The notes: a model not told the origin generated them from the letters alone. A DNA stretch of 64,000 bases from a virus (IMGVR_UViG_3300031418_000003), one strand, 5' to 3'; counted from the first letter of the stretch, positions 28,860 to 39,422 are shown. Made by a program: numbers and translations.

Positions 28860-29255
28860 TTATTCGAGTATCTGACACATGATATTGTCAGTTTCGTCAA
28901 ACAGCCATTGTAAACATCCGTCCATCAACTCTTGTTCGGTTTCGGCATAGATTGCTTGATCCAATTGCAGACCGATACCCAAGGGTGCTGGTTGGAATTC
29001 AAACCCGTGTTTCAACACGGGCTTGCTACAGAAGGTGCCCTGAAGTTTAATCAGGAAGTGGCCAGGACCCTCTTCATCGATAGGATAGACAACAAGCGCA
29101 AAGACCAGGTTTAGATCGCCCTCAGTGATACGAAAACTGAAACCTTGCATGTCTTCGATATTGAACCAGTTAGGGATAGGTTTACCCTGACAGCTCTGAC
29201 AAATCTCGCGCAGTTTCATTTCGGCGTATTTCTGTACAGCACTAGTGGTCGACAT
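28860..29255 (-). CDS. Hypothetical protein
   Basis: ORF; start moved to MSTTS after GAGGA. Confidence 0.65.
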   Translation of the reverse strand: MSTTSAVQKYAEMKLREICQSCQGKPIPNWFNIEDMQGFSFRITEGDLNLVFALVVYPIDEEGPGHFLIKLQGTFCSKPVLKHGFEFQPAPLGIGLQLDQAIYAETEQELMDGCLQWLFDETDNIMCQILE

Positions 29256-29616
29256 ACATGTCCTCGACTTTTTGAAGTTTATCAATAAAGGTTGGAATAA
29301 CCTTTAGTTTCAGGATCTCAAGAATACCTTTATAAGAAACGAATTCACTCTTCTTAAAGAAGGTTGTGGATTCACGCAGCTTGGGAATCAGGAAACTAAT
29401 TCCGTATTGCACATTTCTTTCAGTTTTCTCCAGATCAATCTCAACAAAGCAAATGAAGACTTCGTTCTTAGTTGACTTATAACGAAAACTGACAAAGATA
29501 CTTTTCTGATCGCCTGGGTTCAAGACCTTGATGAAATAGACATTTCGATAAGGCTTAGGGGTGCGCCCAAAAGCAGCATCAATAAGTATTTCACTTACGA
29601 GTTCTTTTAGTTGCAT
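29242..29616 (-). CDS. Hypothetical protein
   Basis: 124 aa ORF in operon. Confidence 0.65.
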   Translation of the reverse strand: MQLKELVSEILIDAAFGRTPKPYRNVYFIKVLNPGDQKSIFVSFRYKSTKNEVFICFVEIDLEKTERNVQYGISFLIPKLRESTTFFKKSEFVSYKGILEILKLKVIPTFIDKLQKVEDMYVDH

Positions 29617-30052
29617 GGTTTCCTCCTGATTCCTCGATCAGTTTAATAAGCTGTTCATTGGAATCAACAATCATATCTATTAACGCATTGACAGCCAGGT
29701 CATCCAACACTAACACATCCGGATTCATAAAAAGAGGAATCTCTCCGCCACGAATTCTGATGAATGCTCCGCCACGACGTCTCTCATCACCACGTCGATA
29801 AACCACTTCGAGGACGTCAATGGGATAACGATCTGGATTACCAAAAGCAGCGATTTGGAAATGACGCAATACATTTCCAGTATTTCGAAGATCCAATAAT
29901 TCATCTACGATAATAAAGAAATGTTTCATATCCTTTCTTTCAAATTTACGATGAAACTGGATTTTGTGTTCACCGCCAGTTTGAATACATTTTAATATAT
30001 CCGCGATCACTGCATAAATTGTTACCTTGGTTATTGCCCGTCGGTTATCCAT
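29591..30052 (-). CDS. Hypothetical protein
   Basis: 153 aa ORF directly behind an early promoter motif. Confidence 0.7.
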   Translation of the reverse strand: MDNRRAITKVTIYAVIADILKCIQTGGEHKIQFHRKFERKDMKHFFIIVDELLDLRNTGNVLRHFQIAAFGNPDRYPIDVLEVVYRRGDERRRGGAFIRIRGGEIPLFMNPDVLVLDDLAVNALIDMIVDSNEQLIKLIEESGGNHATKRTRK

Positions 30053-30078
30053 GTTATAAAAAACCTTTCTACATTAGT

Positions 30079-30106
30079 GTACACGATGATAATATTTGTT
30101 TGAAAT
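30079..30106 (-). promoter_or_regulatory. Early-type promoter motif
   Basis: gtacacgatgataatatttgtttgaaat is nearly identical to gtacacaatgataatatatgtttgaatt at ~171-198. Confidence 0.65.
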
Positions 30107-30162
30107 TATTTTAGCGCGGCATAATCGAGAACAGGGTGTTACCCCTGTTCTCTGTGCAATGT

Positions 30163-31941
30163 TTATTTAGGTTCGGTCTTCAACTGCAGATAACGTCTCT
30201 GGATATTCGGCTTAGCCGCGGTACCCATATTGATCTTAACAACAAGATGGTCTTTCTCAATCTTGCCCTTCAAGATCAGGTCACCGTCATTGGTTGCCCC
30301 AATACCAGCAGAACAGCCGATTGACCACTGTTCCAGGATATCGGTGATTCCTGCTACGGCATTCAGATCATCAAGTGATACTTTCTTAATGTCCGGTGTA
30401 AAGTAGTAGGAGACCCCTGCCTCATAACGGGTTTTTGAAGTTGCGGTGATCATTGGGATAACGTTTTTGGTATATGGCTTAACTTGCACATATATGACGA
30501 ACTTGCCACCACCGACTTTAGCAAACTTCACCGCCGAGACGGGACTTGAACCCACGGGTTGGAATGTTCCACCCATGCCACCGTTCTGATAGGTCTGGAA
30601 ACGAATCAGGGTGTTACCACCGCCTTGTCGTACACCATCGATATCTTCAAGTACGGCACCTTTGGAAAGCATGTTTCCGCAAGCGATCATATTGATGTCA
30701 ACGGTGTCACTTTCTTCAGATAAGTAGAAAGTACCCAGCTGGAACCAGTTAGCAACATTAGATGAGTTACTGATTTTGTTACGGGACATCAGTGTACCGG
30801 GTTCTAATGACCGCTCAACAAATATTCCATACGGGTTGATATCCACACGACCACGTTCCCATTCGCTCAACCACTGATCGGAGTCGTCGCGAGTGTAATC
30901 GATACCTGAAAAATTACCCTGATGGTTTTTGTTGATCTCGGTTAACTGGGCACAAGACACTTTCAGCGTGGTTTTACAATCTTCCATGCTGAGGTTTTCA
31001 ATGGTCCAGTGGCCACCGCTTAATGTACCTGGATCATCGCTGTGTTCAATCCAACCATTACGAATCAGTGCTTGGGTGCAACGTTGGAGATTAAAGACTT
31101 TACCATTATGGTTATTCTGGATATTGAAGTTAGTCAGTTCTAATGCGGTGGAGTGATTCCAACCACCTTTCTCACGGTCTGACCACCCACCCACAATTAC
31201 ATCACCAGTACACTGGCTGGTATAGAACTGATCAATCTTGCTATCAAGTGTATCAATCAAGCTAATACAAGTTCCACCGATCTTGTTGAACTTGACGCAA
31301 CGGGCGTTGAAGTATTGTCCACCAATAACATTGTTACGGAAGATCCCTTTCTTGTTGGGTTTATCAACAGTACTGGTACCTTCAAACATGATGTTACTGA
31401 TTTCTACCCAACGGTGTTTAACATCAATCAAAAACTCTTCAACAGGCTCGCCTTTTTCATTGGTCGGACCGGTGTCGGTGACGATGAAAGTGTTGGCGAA
31501 ATAACCAAAGTTAACAGGGGGTCCAGAGATACGGAAATAGCTGGACTCACTTAACATGCCGAGCTTGGACAAAAACAGTCGCCCAGCAGGAAGCTGAATA
31601 CCCAGACCTGGGTAATTGGCAAAGGCCCACTTATGCATGGCCAGTGCTGCATCAGCCATATCTGTCTTACCATCAGGAATTGCACCAAACTCAAGCACAG
31701 TCAGTTTGGATGGATCGCTGACAACACGTTCCCAGTAATAATCTTTACCGTGAGCGATAATCCCACCATCGCTGTATTTCTGTGTTACATTCCGATTGAC
31801 CAAGTAACCGATGAAATAACCACCACCGATATTCGTACCTTCATTCCACCCTGTCAGCAGAACGCGTTGCCCCTGTTCTGTGGGTTTGGTCGCCTTTAAC
31901 GCGGCGTATGACGGTATCAGAGTTAGTTCGTTACTTGACAT
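30163..31941 (-). CDS. Tailspike/EPS depolymerase-like beta-helix protein (AmsF/WceF-like)
   Basis: Tail-fibre-type N-terminus (GWNEGTNIGGGYF), LTVLEFGAIPDGKTD pectate-lyase-3-like entry, beta-helix-like repeats. Confidence 0.65.
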   Translation of the reverse strand: MSSNELTLIPSYAALKATKPTEQGQRVLLTGWNEGTNIGGGYFIGYLVNRNVTQKYSDGGIIAHGKDYYWERVVSDPSKLTVLEFGAIPDGKTDMADAALAMHKWAFANYPGLGIQLPAGRLFLSKLGMLSESSYFRISGPPVNFGYFANTFIVTDTGPTNEKGEPVEEFLIDVKHRWVEISNIMFEGTSTVDKPNKKGIFRNNVIGGQYFNARCVKFNKIGGTCISLIDTLDSKIDQFYTSQCTGDVIVGGWSDREKGGWNHSTALELTNFNIQNNHNGKVFNLQRCTQALIRNGWIEHSDDPGTLSGGHWTIENLSMEDCKTTLKVSCAQLTEINKNHQGNFSGIDYTRDDSDQWLSEWERGRVDINPYGIFVERSLEPGTLMSRNKISNSSNVANWFQLGTFYLSEESDTVDINMIACGNMLSKGAVLEDIDGVRQGGGNTLIRFQTYQNGGMGGTFQPVGSSPVSAVKFAKVGGGKFVIYVQVKPYTKNVIPMITATSKTRYEAGVSYYFTPDIKKVSLDDLNAVAGITDILEQWSIGCSAGIGATNDGDLILKGKIEKDHLVVKINMGTAAKPNIQRRYLQLKTEPK

Positions 31942-32029
31942 TCTATTCTCCCATTCTAAGTTTGCAGGTGAATGTGCAACTATGTGTTACACATACGATA
32001 AAGGAAGCAAAAATAAATAGAAGAATAAA

Positions 32030-32057
32030 CCCCTACTACCCAATTGGGTAGTAGGGG
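32030..32057. terminator. Terminator hairpin (CTAC/GTAG family)
   Basis: Palindrome cccctactacccaattgggtagtagggg. Confidence 0.75.
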
Positions 32058-32063
32058 AATAGA

Positions 32064-34205
32064 TTAGTAACCAGTGTGTGGATTTTGTTTTGGGTTGTGT
32101 GCTCCATTAGCGATTACAACACGACGCAGAGATTGAAACTCTTTGAAAGCTTCATCCTGAGTCAACCGCTTAGTGAGATCGCGAATATGATGAAACTGAC
32201 GCCCACCGGGTGCATCGGGTAAATCATGACTGAACATAAAACGGGTGAGACCAGGACTCCACGTCATCTTATATTCACAGAAGAATTCACCTTTCACATC
32301 GTGAATGATGAAACTCTGGTTAATAACAGCATGAGTGGTCGTTTCGATTTCTGAAACTGTTGGTTTTGGTTCAGGAGTACTATGCGGTGTGCCGTGAGTG
32401 GCAATAAACTTAAACAGCTCGGTAAGTTTATTGGATTCTTGAGAACGGGCTTTACCTAACCCAGGATTAATAAATACATTACTTCCTTTCTCAGTTAACT
32501 CAATACCCACGACGAGATCAAGCAGGCGTTTTTGATATTCACTGATTTTCTTTCCGTGTACCGGACACTCTGGATTTTTACATTCACCATTCAGTGTTGC
32601 CGGATCAACGCCAGTTAGACCTTTGAATGTACCATCCAGTTGTCTGGCGAGTTCTTCAATTTTGTTAAAGTGATCCATACCTGTTTTACGCTGCCCGAGG
32701 TTTTCGTTTAAACGAGATTTAAAGGTTGGCGGAATCTCCAACATTTTTACGAGCTGAGTAAAATTAGAGATAGATTGAGTATTACTCAATATCTCCTTAA
32801 TAGAAGGTTCTTGTTCCGGTGATTCAACCGGCTTGACTTTGCCGAGATCGACCTTGAACATCGCCGCCAATTCCTGAACCATTGGATCTTCAGGATTACC
32901 CTTGATGATCACCCCAGTTCTTTTGTCTTCAGGCAGTTCGTATCTGAAGGAAGGTTTCGGTAGATCTGTGAGACCCAACCCTTTAACATGATGAGAAAGA
33001 ATAGCATTGATGTTTTCTTCTGACTCGTCGCCCGAAACTTTAATTGTTTCATAGGCTTCTGGGTGCGCGGCTTTGATCAATTGCATGTAGAGTGAATCTT
33101 TCACCGGTTCTTCCTCTTCGGTTAAATTTGGGTATTGTGGGAACGAAGGCATTGGATCTTCTTCTTTCTTAACTTCAGTTTTTACAGGGTTAGCGATTTT
33201 ATCAAACATCTCGTCCAGAATCATACCACGCTTACGACGATCGAAGTCATTGAATACAGGGAAGTATTCTGCATCGATGATGATTTCTCGGCACAGGCGT
33301 CGTTGATGCGGGGAACGATGAATCACTGATTTCAGAGTACCAATCTTATCTACGTCACCGGCACGAATTTCGTTGATCAGTTTTAGAATCAACCGAGCTT
33401 CGTTGGCAAAGCGAGATAAAGAATCGTCCCATTTGAATAATGGACCAGTCAAGTGATTAGTTCCCATAAATTGGACATATGGTTCTGCGGGAGGATGCTT
33501 CGATTTCATTTTCTCTAACATTATTGTTGTGACTTCTTTTTGGGTATGTTCCATGAAGCGTTCTTTGATGGTTGCCTTAACCTGATTAAAACGAGCTTGA
33601 TCGATATCCTTAACATACACTAACTGTTTAAAATATTCTTCGCCAAACATTTGTTTTACAAATGCCACCTGAAGGTATGGATACTGATCGAGGATACGAC
33701 CGAGCTTATCGACGTACTTCTCGTAGTGGGTCAGATCTTTAGCAGTGCTTGCTTTTTCACAGTTTTCACAAGCTGCTTTAAACGCGTTCTCCACACTTTT
33801 GTATCCGACATGAAGACCTTTCGATTCAATCCGCAGAGTTAGGTCGATAAAGTAACCTGCTTTGGTCAGGAGACCATCGATAATAGCTGGCCAATCCATA
33901 AGCGAATATTCCTGTTTAGGATCTCGGTTAAAGAGTTCTTTATACAGATCAATGATATCTTCGAACTTCTTAGCTTCAATAAAAGAAGCAATCAGGTCAC
34001 GAACTTTTTCAAATTCATGAATTCCAGTTTTGCTGTCAGTGCACTGCTGAAGATGACCGGATTCTGGAATATTGAAGGTATTCATAATACGGTCAGACAA
34101 CCCGCCTGATTTACCACCATAGTTGGGAAACTCACAACCTTCTCTCAAACCAATTTTAACAATACGTGAAACAACATAGCGCTGAATTAAAGTTACATCT
34201 ACCAT
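32064..34205 (-). CDS. Large hypothetical protein
   Basis: ~710 aa ORF; GGAG RBS before MVDVT. Confidence 0.75.
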   Translation of the reverse strand: MVDVTLIQRYVVSRIVKIGLREGCEFPNYGGKSGGLSDRIMNTFNIPESGHLQQCTDSKTGIHEFEKVRDLIASFIEAKKFEDIIDLYKELFNRDPKQEYSLMDWPAIIDGLLTKAGYFIDLTLRIESKGLHVGYKSVENAFKAACENCEKASTAKDLTHYEKYVDKLGRILDQYPYLQVAFVKQMFGEEYFKQLVYVKDIDQARFNQVKATIKERFMEHTQKEVTTIMLEKMKSKHPPAEPYVQFMGTNHLTGPLFKWDDSLSRFANEARLILKLINEIRAGDVDKIGTLKSVIHRSPHQRRLCREIIIDAEYFPVFNDFDRRKRGMILDEMFDKIANPVKTEVKKEEDPMPSFPQYPNLTEEEEPVKDSLYMQLIKAAHPEAYETIKVSGDESEENINAILSHHVKGLGLTDLPKPSFRYELPEDKRTGVIIKGNPEDPMVQELAAMFKVDLGKVKPVESPEQEPSIKEILSNTQSISNFTQLVKMLEIPPTFKSRLNENLGQRKTGMDHFNKIEELARQLDGTFKGLTGVDPATLNGECKNPECPVHGKKISEYQKRLLDLVVGIELTEKGSNVFINPGLGKARSQESNKLTELFKFIATHGTPHSTPEPKPTVSEIETTTHAVINQSFIIHDVKGEFFCEYKMTWSPGLTRFMFSHDLPDAPGGRQFHHIRDLTKRLTQDEAFKEFQSLRRVVIANGAHNPKQNPHTGY

Positions 34206-34260
34206 AATACATTTCTCCGACATAAAAAGTAAGGGAGTCAATGACTCCCTATGAATTAGT

Positions 34261-34755
34261 TTATTGACCGACGTGCTTATTCATTAAGAACTGAAGCGGG
34301 GACTTGGTATTTTCCAACCCATGCTTGTCATTAATGTAACAACAGACCATATGGATGCGTTCTTCTGTTTCCATAAAAAGTCCATCAACTTTGCAAAAGT
34401 GCATGGTCAGGTTTTTGGTGTGCTGAAGGTCAACATCAACCAACTTGCAATTTTTCAAATACGGGTTATTCAGCTGAACATTTTTGAGATGGACCCCGCC
34501 TTCTAAAATAGGGGCATCGTTATCGGCAAATGTGATGACATTATCCGTACCGATAAGTGTAAGAGTGAGACGGCTGTTATCGATGCTAGCCTGGATATCA
34601 TTGGCGAGTTCGACCAGGGGATTTAGAGTGCTGTCATCGAGATTATCGATATATGCCTGAGATGGACGATGAATAATGCGAAGTGTTGCAAGTCCATCAT
34701 TGCGTTCAATGATCAGTTGATTGTTTTCAAGTTTGGTAGCATAGGTAGCTGTCAT
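34261..34755 (-). CDS. Hypothetical protein, paralog of 35299..35745
   Basis: NDIQASIDNSRLTLTLIG aligns with NDLETAVNSGELDLRLFG. Confidence 0.7.
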   Translation of the reverse strand: MTATYATKLENNQLIIERNDGLATLRIIHRPSQAYIDNLDDSTLNPLVELANDIQASIDNSRLTLTLIGTDNVITFADNDAPILEGGVHLKNVQLNNPYLKNCKLVDVDLQHTKNLTMHFCKVDGLFMETEERIHMVCCYINDKHGLENTKSPLQFLMNKHVGQ

Positions 34756-34831
34756 GGTGATATTCTCTAAAGTAAGTAGATAAAAGTAACCCTCCAGTGA
34801 CGGAGGGTTACAGTTCAGGGTTTGTTACAAA

Positions 34832-35290
34832 TTAACCTGCGATAACAGGTGCGGCAAAGCGATGCAGTTCAGACAGCATGCGCTCTACACGTTTGTGGAT
34901 ACGTTGCTCTTGTACTGACTCGACGGTAAAGTCGACGACATGATGTTCAACCACATAACTTGATTGTGGATCAGTAAGCCACAATCCCATACGTAGGCTA
35001 TACATATCGTCACCGATCGGAATCAGCGTCAGGCGAACCACAATCGGTTTGTTGATCTGAAGCAGATCCAGTGTCTGACTGATCTTGAGTTCTTTATGCA
35101 GTGAACTCAGTTTGATCTTGCCGTCTTCCAGACCTTCCAGACCCAATGCCGAGCTTTCACCGATCAGGGTACGCAGTTGGTTACTCACTGCATTACGCAC
35201 GGTGCCAAAAGGGGCCGCTACAAGTTCAGCCACATCGGTGGTATTCAGTTCAGGTAACAGAAGGGTAAGACGTTGTTGCAAGTTAAGCAT
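34832..35290 (-). CDS. Hypothetical protein
   Basis: 152 aa ORF; GAGG RBS. Confidence 0.75.
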   Translation of the reverse strand: MLNLQQRLTLLLPELNTTDVAELVAAPFGTVRNAVSNQLRTLIGESSALGLEGLEDGKIKLSSLHKELKISQTLDLLQINKPIVVRLTLIPIGDDMYSLRMGLWLTDPQSSYVVEHHVVDFTVESVQEQRIHKRVERMLSELHRFAAPVIAG

Positions 35291-35298
35291 GACTACCT

Positions 35299-35745
35299 CT
35301 ATACAGGTTGGTTACGATAATAGGACATGTGGTTATAAGAAACCCTTTTTGGTAAAGTATCGTAATTGCATTCATCGAACGATACCATACCAAACTGCGT
35401 GATACCCATAAATGCCAGGGTAGAATTACGGATGTTACATCTCGGCTTCAATGACAGGAGATGTAGATTTCCATTTTCAATCTGGGGGTCATACAAATGG
35501 CAAGAACTTAACGCCACCTTTCCCTTCAGTAAAAATCCCTTTTGTTCAAGTATAGTGTTATACCCAAACAAACGCAAATCGAGTTCACCGGAATTAACTG
35601 CGGTTTCCAGGTCATTCCAAGCTTCATAGGCCGGGCTGATCTCCGGCTTACCAAAAGGTTTGAATGAGATATGCAGAGACCCACCGTTCTCTGAATCGTG
35701 AACTACCAATACGCCTTTCTCAATAGCAAATTGCAGTCTCTGCAT
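35299..35745 (-). CDS. Hypothetical protein, paralog of 34261..34755
   Basis: 148 aa ORF; GAGG RBS. Confidence 0.7.
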   Translation of the reverse strand: MQRLQFAIEKGVLVVHDSENGGSLHISFKPFGKPEISPAYEAWNDLETAVNSGELDLRLFGYNTILEQKGFLLKGKVALSSCHLYDPQIENGNLHLLSLKPRCNIRNSTLAFMGITQFGMVSFDECNYDTLPKRVSYNHMSYYRNQPV

Positions 35746-35756
35746 AATAACCTCAT

Positions 35757-36005
35757 CTACTCTTGGTCAGCATAACGTTGTTTGTTACGCACATCAGAAA
35801 AGAGCTCACCGTGATTCTTACGGGGCTTATTACAACACCACCCATCACAACGCTTAGGGGTAGTAGCAACTTTGCCGATAACGCGTTTATCGGTTTGGGT
35901 TCCCACTTCTCTCCCAATCAGGGTATAACCTGCCGAATAATACCGGGTACAGTTCTTTTTCTTCAGTGCGAGTTTATAACGACGGTAAGCACGAGTACGA
36001 GCCAT
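35757..36005 (-). CDS. Small basic Cys-containing protein
   Basis: MARTRAYRR...IG...TPKRCDGWCCNKPRK..GE. Confidence 0.7.
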   Translation of the reverse strand: MARTRAYRRYKLALKKKNCTRYYSAGYTLIGREVGTQTDKRVIGKVATTPKRCDGWCCNKPRKNHGELFSDVRNKQRYADQE

Positions 36006-36089
36006 AATAAATATTCCGAAACACGGGAGCGACAACATGCCGCCCCCTTCTTAGTTTTTCGGAATGGCGGGCTGATCTCAGCTTTTTAA

Positions 36090-36425
36090 TCATGAATGAA
36101 CACCGACCTTACGTTTGTAGTCAGCAATGAATCGGGGATTGGTATTGATAGAATACGACGCCCCACGTTTATCAACAATCACCCGATTAACGGAGACATC
36201 ATTGATCTTGACTTCCAGGATGATCTTGGAACGATCGCGATTGAAACCCCAGATTTTGGTTCCCACCAGAACATCTGCTTTTGGTGTTTTGGTGGCAGTG
36301 CTTTCGCCTAAAACGATCAGGTCTTTGTTGGCTAATTCAGTAATGGCGTTCTCGATCAAATGAGTGATCGACTCATTGGTGACGCTTGAGTGCAGGTAAG
36401 CTTTTTGCATTAGTTCAGAGTCCAA
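36090..36425 (-). CDS. Hypothetical protein
   Basis: 111 aa ORF. Confidence 0.65.
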   Translation of the reverse strand: MDSELMQKAYLHSSVTNESITHLIENAITELANKDLIVLGESTATKTPKADVLVGTKIWGFNRDRSKIILEVKINDVSVNRVIVDKRGASYSINTNPRFIADYKRKVGVHS

Positions 36426-37153
36426 CTAAAGTCTTTCTCGATATAGCCGAGAGCGATGAGTGAAATGATGCCCAGATCGATATAACGCTGACAGATATCA
36501 ACGTTCTTGTTGTTGGGATCTGGACGTTGTGGCATTGCATTGAAGCTCACATTGCGTTTTACAACGTGAAGCTCACCGTGATTGAAATCATCAGGAACCA
36601 ACACGTCTACCCCGTAACCGGTTTCATCCCATGTTGCATAGATCATGCCATTGAAATGATCTTTGATCGCTTCAAAGTTGCTTTCGTGATTCCACAACGA
36701 GATGCGGTCACGCAGACCATGATGATACCAACTTGACGCCATTCCGCCAACGATATGTTCCAGAAAATGAGCACCAACCATTTCAACGACAGGCATCTGC
36801 ATCGTCTCTTCGATATCGCGATCAAAGTCTTCTTCCTGGAAAGTAATCGCGTAAGGACGACCATGTAGGAATGTGGTTGCTGTGGCAAAAGGACGTTTGC
36901 GGTAAGCTTCCATGTCGCGAATACCGCGAAGTGCATTTGCGCCAGCAAGTTCGTCGAGTGGGTTCTTTTTGAATAAGAACTCGAAATCAACAGACTCACC
37001 GGTTTTATTATCGGTAACCAGTGTATACCTTTTGCTGTTACCCATGACACCGCTGCCTTTGTTCAGGCCATCACGAATAACATCTTTGATCATGTCAGAG
37101 ATTTCAACTTGAAGTATCATTGCCTGACGTCTCGTATAATGCGTTTGACTCAT
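36410..37153 (-). CDS. Hypothetical protein
   Basis: 247 aa ORF, coupled. Confidence 0.75.
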   Translation of the reverse strand: MSQTHYTRRQAMILQVEISDMIKDVIRDGLNKGSGVMGNSKRYTLVTDNKTGESVDFEFLFKKNPLDELAGANALRGIRDMEAYRKRPFATATTFLHGRPYAITFQEEDFDRDIEETMQMPVVEMVGAHFLEHIVGGMASSWYHHGLRDRISLWNHESNFEAIKDHFNGMIYATWDETGYGVDVLVPDDFNHGELHVVKRNVSFNAMPQRPDPNNKNVDICQRYIDLGIISLIALGYIEKDFSWTLN

Positions 37154-37470
37154 TTGATTTCCTTAATGCGAAGTTTCATGAAGGCTTCTGTTATTTCGTT
37201 GACCAAACCCTTATCTAACGTTTGGCTTGATAAAGAAGCACAGGAAAGAATAGAGATGGGGATTACCTTATCATTGATGGATCCCAGTACCTCTATTCGA
37301 CTGTCGTTATAGAGTGGCAGCAGTCCATTACTGTATAACGTGATTGTGTAGTTGTCATCGAGTTTGCCTCGCTTAAAGAAGCTTCGCTCTTCTTCACCCT
37401 TCACAACCTTGGTCAATACAATAGTAACGAACTGCTCCACCCTTGAGCGGAGCTTTTTCGGAACCGCCAT
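37150..37470 (-). CDS. Hypothetical protein
   Basis: 106 aa ORF, coupled. Confidence 0.65.
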   Translation of the reverse strand: MAVPKKLRSRVEQFVTIVLTKVVKGEEERSFFKRGKLDDNYTITLYSNGLLPLYNDSRIEVLGSINDKVIPISILSCASLSSQTLDKGLVNEITEAFMKLRIKEIK

Positions 37471-38264
37471 TAATAGCCTTGAAGTCCAGTGTCATACGGA
37501 CCATTGATTTGAGGACGCATCCCGGTAGGGTCGAATACCCCAAATTGACCAAATCCAGGCGACTGTCTTTTCATATAAGAATGAGTTCGAGTATCATCAA
37601 AGTAGTAAGCAACTTTATCCCCATCTTTGACATAGAGAATGCCGTTAAGGATAGCCGATTCAATAGAGACATCCACTGTACGAGGAGGATATTCAATACT
37701 ACCAGCAATACCTAACGCTAAGTTAGCCGCTAAGCTGACTTGCTGGTTAAGAACGTTAGAATTGGTACTAAATAATGAATAGACCAGTTCTTCCCCTTTA
37801 GTGATACTGATGTTCGATTCAGATCGAGCAAAACGAACGTCACCAGGAAGAGTTACAGAGAACCCCAAAGATGAACGACGTTCTGACATGGCGAAAGGAT
37901 TCGTCAGTGAACGGTTTGCGATATCGTACTGGACCATCTTTGTCAGATCGTTCATATCGATTCTTTCCTGATTAGGACCCAGTGTACCAGCCAATGTGAC
38001 ATAAAGCATGTTGAATGAATCACTGTTGCTAATTGATCCGGCATCAAGACCAGTACCTAGAACCATTTTACCATAAGTAATGGTGGCAGTTTTGCGTGGT
38101 GTGGCATAATAGGAAGCCAAGTCAACTTTTGATTTGACGGATACCTTCAGCTCTACACCATCAACAATGATAGAGCCCTCTCCATCATCACCTAAAGTAG
38201 AAATGATGGTTTTGGTGGTTTCAACGATTTCTTTAATCAGTTCCAGGGTAAAAGTCTTTTTCAT
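37470..38264 (-). CDS. Hypothetical protein
   Basis: 264 aa ORF; AAGGA RBS. Confidence 0.75.
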   Translation of the reverse strand: MKKTFTLELIKEIVETTKTIISTLGDDGEGSIIVDGVELKVSVKSKVDLASYYATPRKTATITYGKMVLGTGLDAGSISNSDSFNMLYVTLAGTLGPNQERIDMNDLTKMVQYDIANRSLTNPFAMSERRSSLGFSVTLPGDVRFARSESNISITKGEELVYSLFSTNSNVLNQQVSLAANLALGIAGSIEYPPRTVDVSIESAILNGILYVKDGDKVAYYFDDTRTHSYMKRQSPGFGQFGVFDPTGMRPQINGPYDTGLQGY

Positions 38265-38297
38265 GATGGATCCTTACTAAAGTTAAAAGAGGGTTAA

Positions 38298-38852
38298 TTA
38301 AATAGCAACGTCATGGGTGATCAAGTCGGCCATGAGATAGTCAGAAAACAATTCCAGCGTACGGTGCTGTAAATCAGAAGAAGAGGTCATCACCTGAGGA
38401 TTAATGGACATATCTTGATTCACAGCTTCTTCCAGTGCATAGAGACTGTTATTTGGATTAGCAGTTTGTGAGATCATTAAACGACGAGAATCCACATCGC
38501 AATGAAACTTCACAGTTAAGCCAATAACGGAGTCATAAGCGATGTTAGTGGTTATACCGTTGAACATGTCCTGAATGTTATCAACTTCATCCGCTTTCTC
38601 AATACTGAGTCTAATCAGTAGATTAGCGATATCTCGGCGAGTCTGAGATCGGGATTCAGAGATTGATCCAAGACTACCTTCGAAATAGAAATCGTTGAAA
38701 AGCCAATGTGAAACGAAAGTGTCTCGAACAAAGATGATGATGAGTTCATCACCCAAATCGTGTTCGAGTACGTGCCGACCATTATCGATATTACTCAAAG
38801 AAGCTTTCAAAAGAACTTCAATTTTTTCCACTAACTCACTATTCAGTAGCAT
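38298..38852 (-). CDS. Hypothetical protein
   Basis: 184 aa ORF; AAGGA RBS. Confidence 0.75.
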   Translation of the reverse strand: MLLNSELVEKIEVLLKASLSNIDNGRHVLEHDLGDELIIIFVRDTFVSHWLFNDFYFEGSLGSISESRSQTRRDIANLLIRLSIEKADEVDNIQDMFNGITTNIAYDSVIGLTVKFHCDVDSRRLMISQTANPNNSLYALEEAVNQDMSINPQVMTSSSDLQHRTLELFSDYLMADLITHDVAI

Positions 38853-38861
38853 AACAAATCC

Positions 38862-39422
38862 TTAAATAACAAACGGTTTAAAATCAGCATCAACCATATC
38901 TGTAGTAATGGTCTTAGGAATACACAGCGCTGGAGACACTGGGAAGTCATTGTTTCTGATATCAAGTAACTTCACTTGATTACCACGATGATCAAAGAGA
39001 GTGATGTCGTCAGCTTTCAAGTCAACAGTATATCCACCCGGTAACTGCAATTTGACTTCTTGTACATGCCGATTACTCACTGCACTGATTAGTTTCATCA
39101 GAGAGAAGTCGCCGATTAATGCGTTATCATATAAAGATTCCACAATGCGATGTACTAAGTCTTCGTGCAGAAATTCATTATCGTGCACAAAACTATAAAG
39201 ACTTGTTTTGGTGAGTTTATCACGGTAAACAATGCAATTAGCAACTCTTGCAATAATAACCAATTTATCTTCAAGTCCGGCTTTCAGTTCCACTTCTACA
39301 TCTACGCCGCCAGTCAGCAGAATAGGATGGTTGCCCTTTTTAGTTTCCGGTGTGACGGTAGTCAGGAAACTGGCAATAGAGCGAGCAGCTTGTTCAACAA
39401 TCAGTTTAGTGATAACGGTCAT
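38862..39422 (-). CDS. Hypothetical protein
   Basis: 186 aa ORF; early motif upstream. Confidence 0.75.
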   Translation of the reverse strand: MTVITKLIVEQAARSIASFLTTVTPETKKGNHPILLTGGVDVEVELKAGLEDKLVIIARVANCIVYRDKLTKTSLYSFVHDNEFLHEDLVHRIVESLYDNALIGDFSLMKLISAVSNRHVQEVKLQLPGGYTVDLKADDITLFDHRGNQVKLLDIRNNDFPVSPALCIPKTITTDMVDADFKPFVI

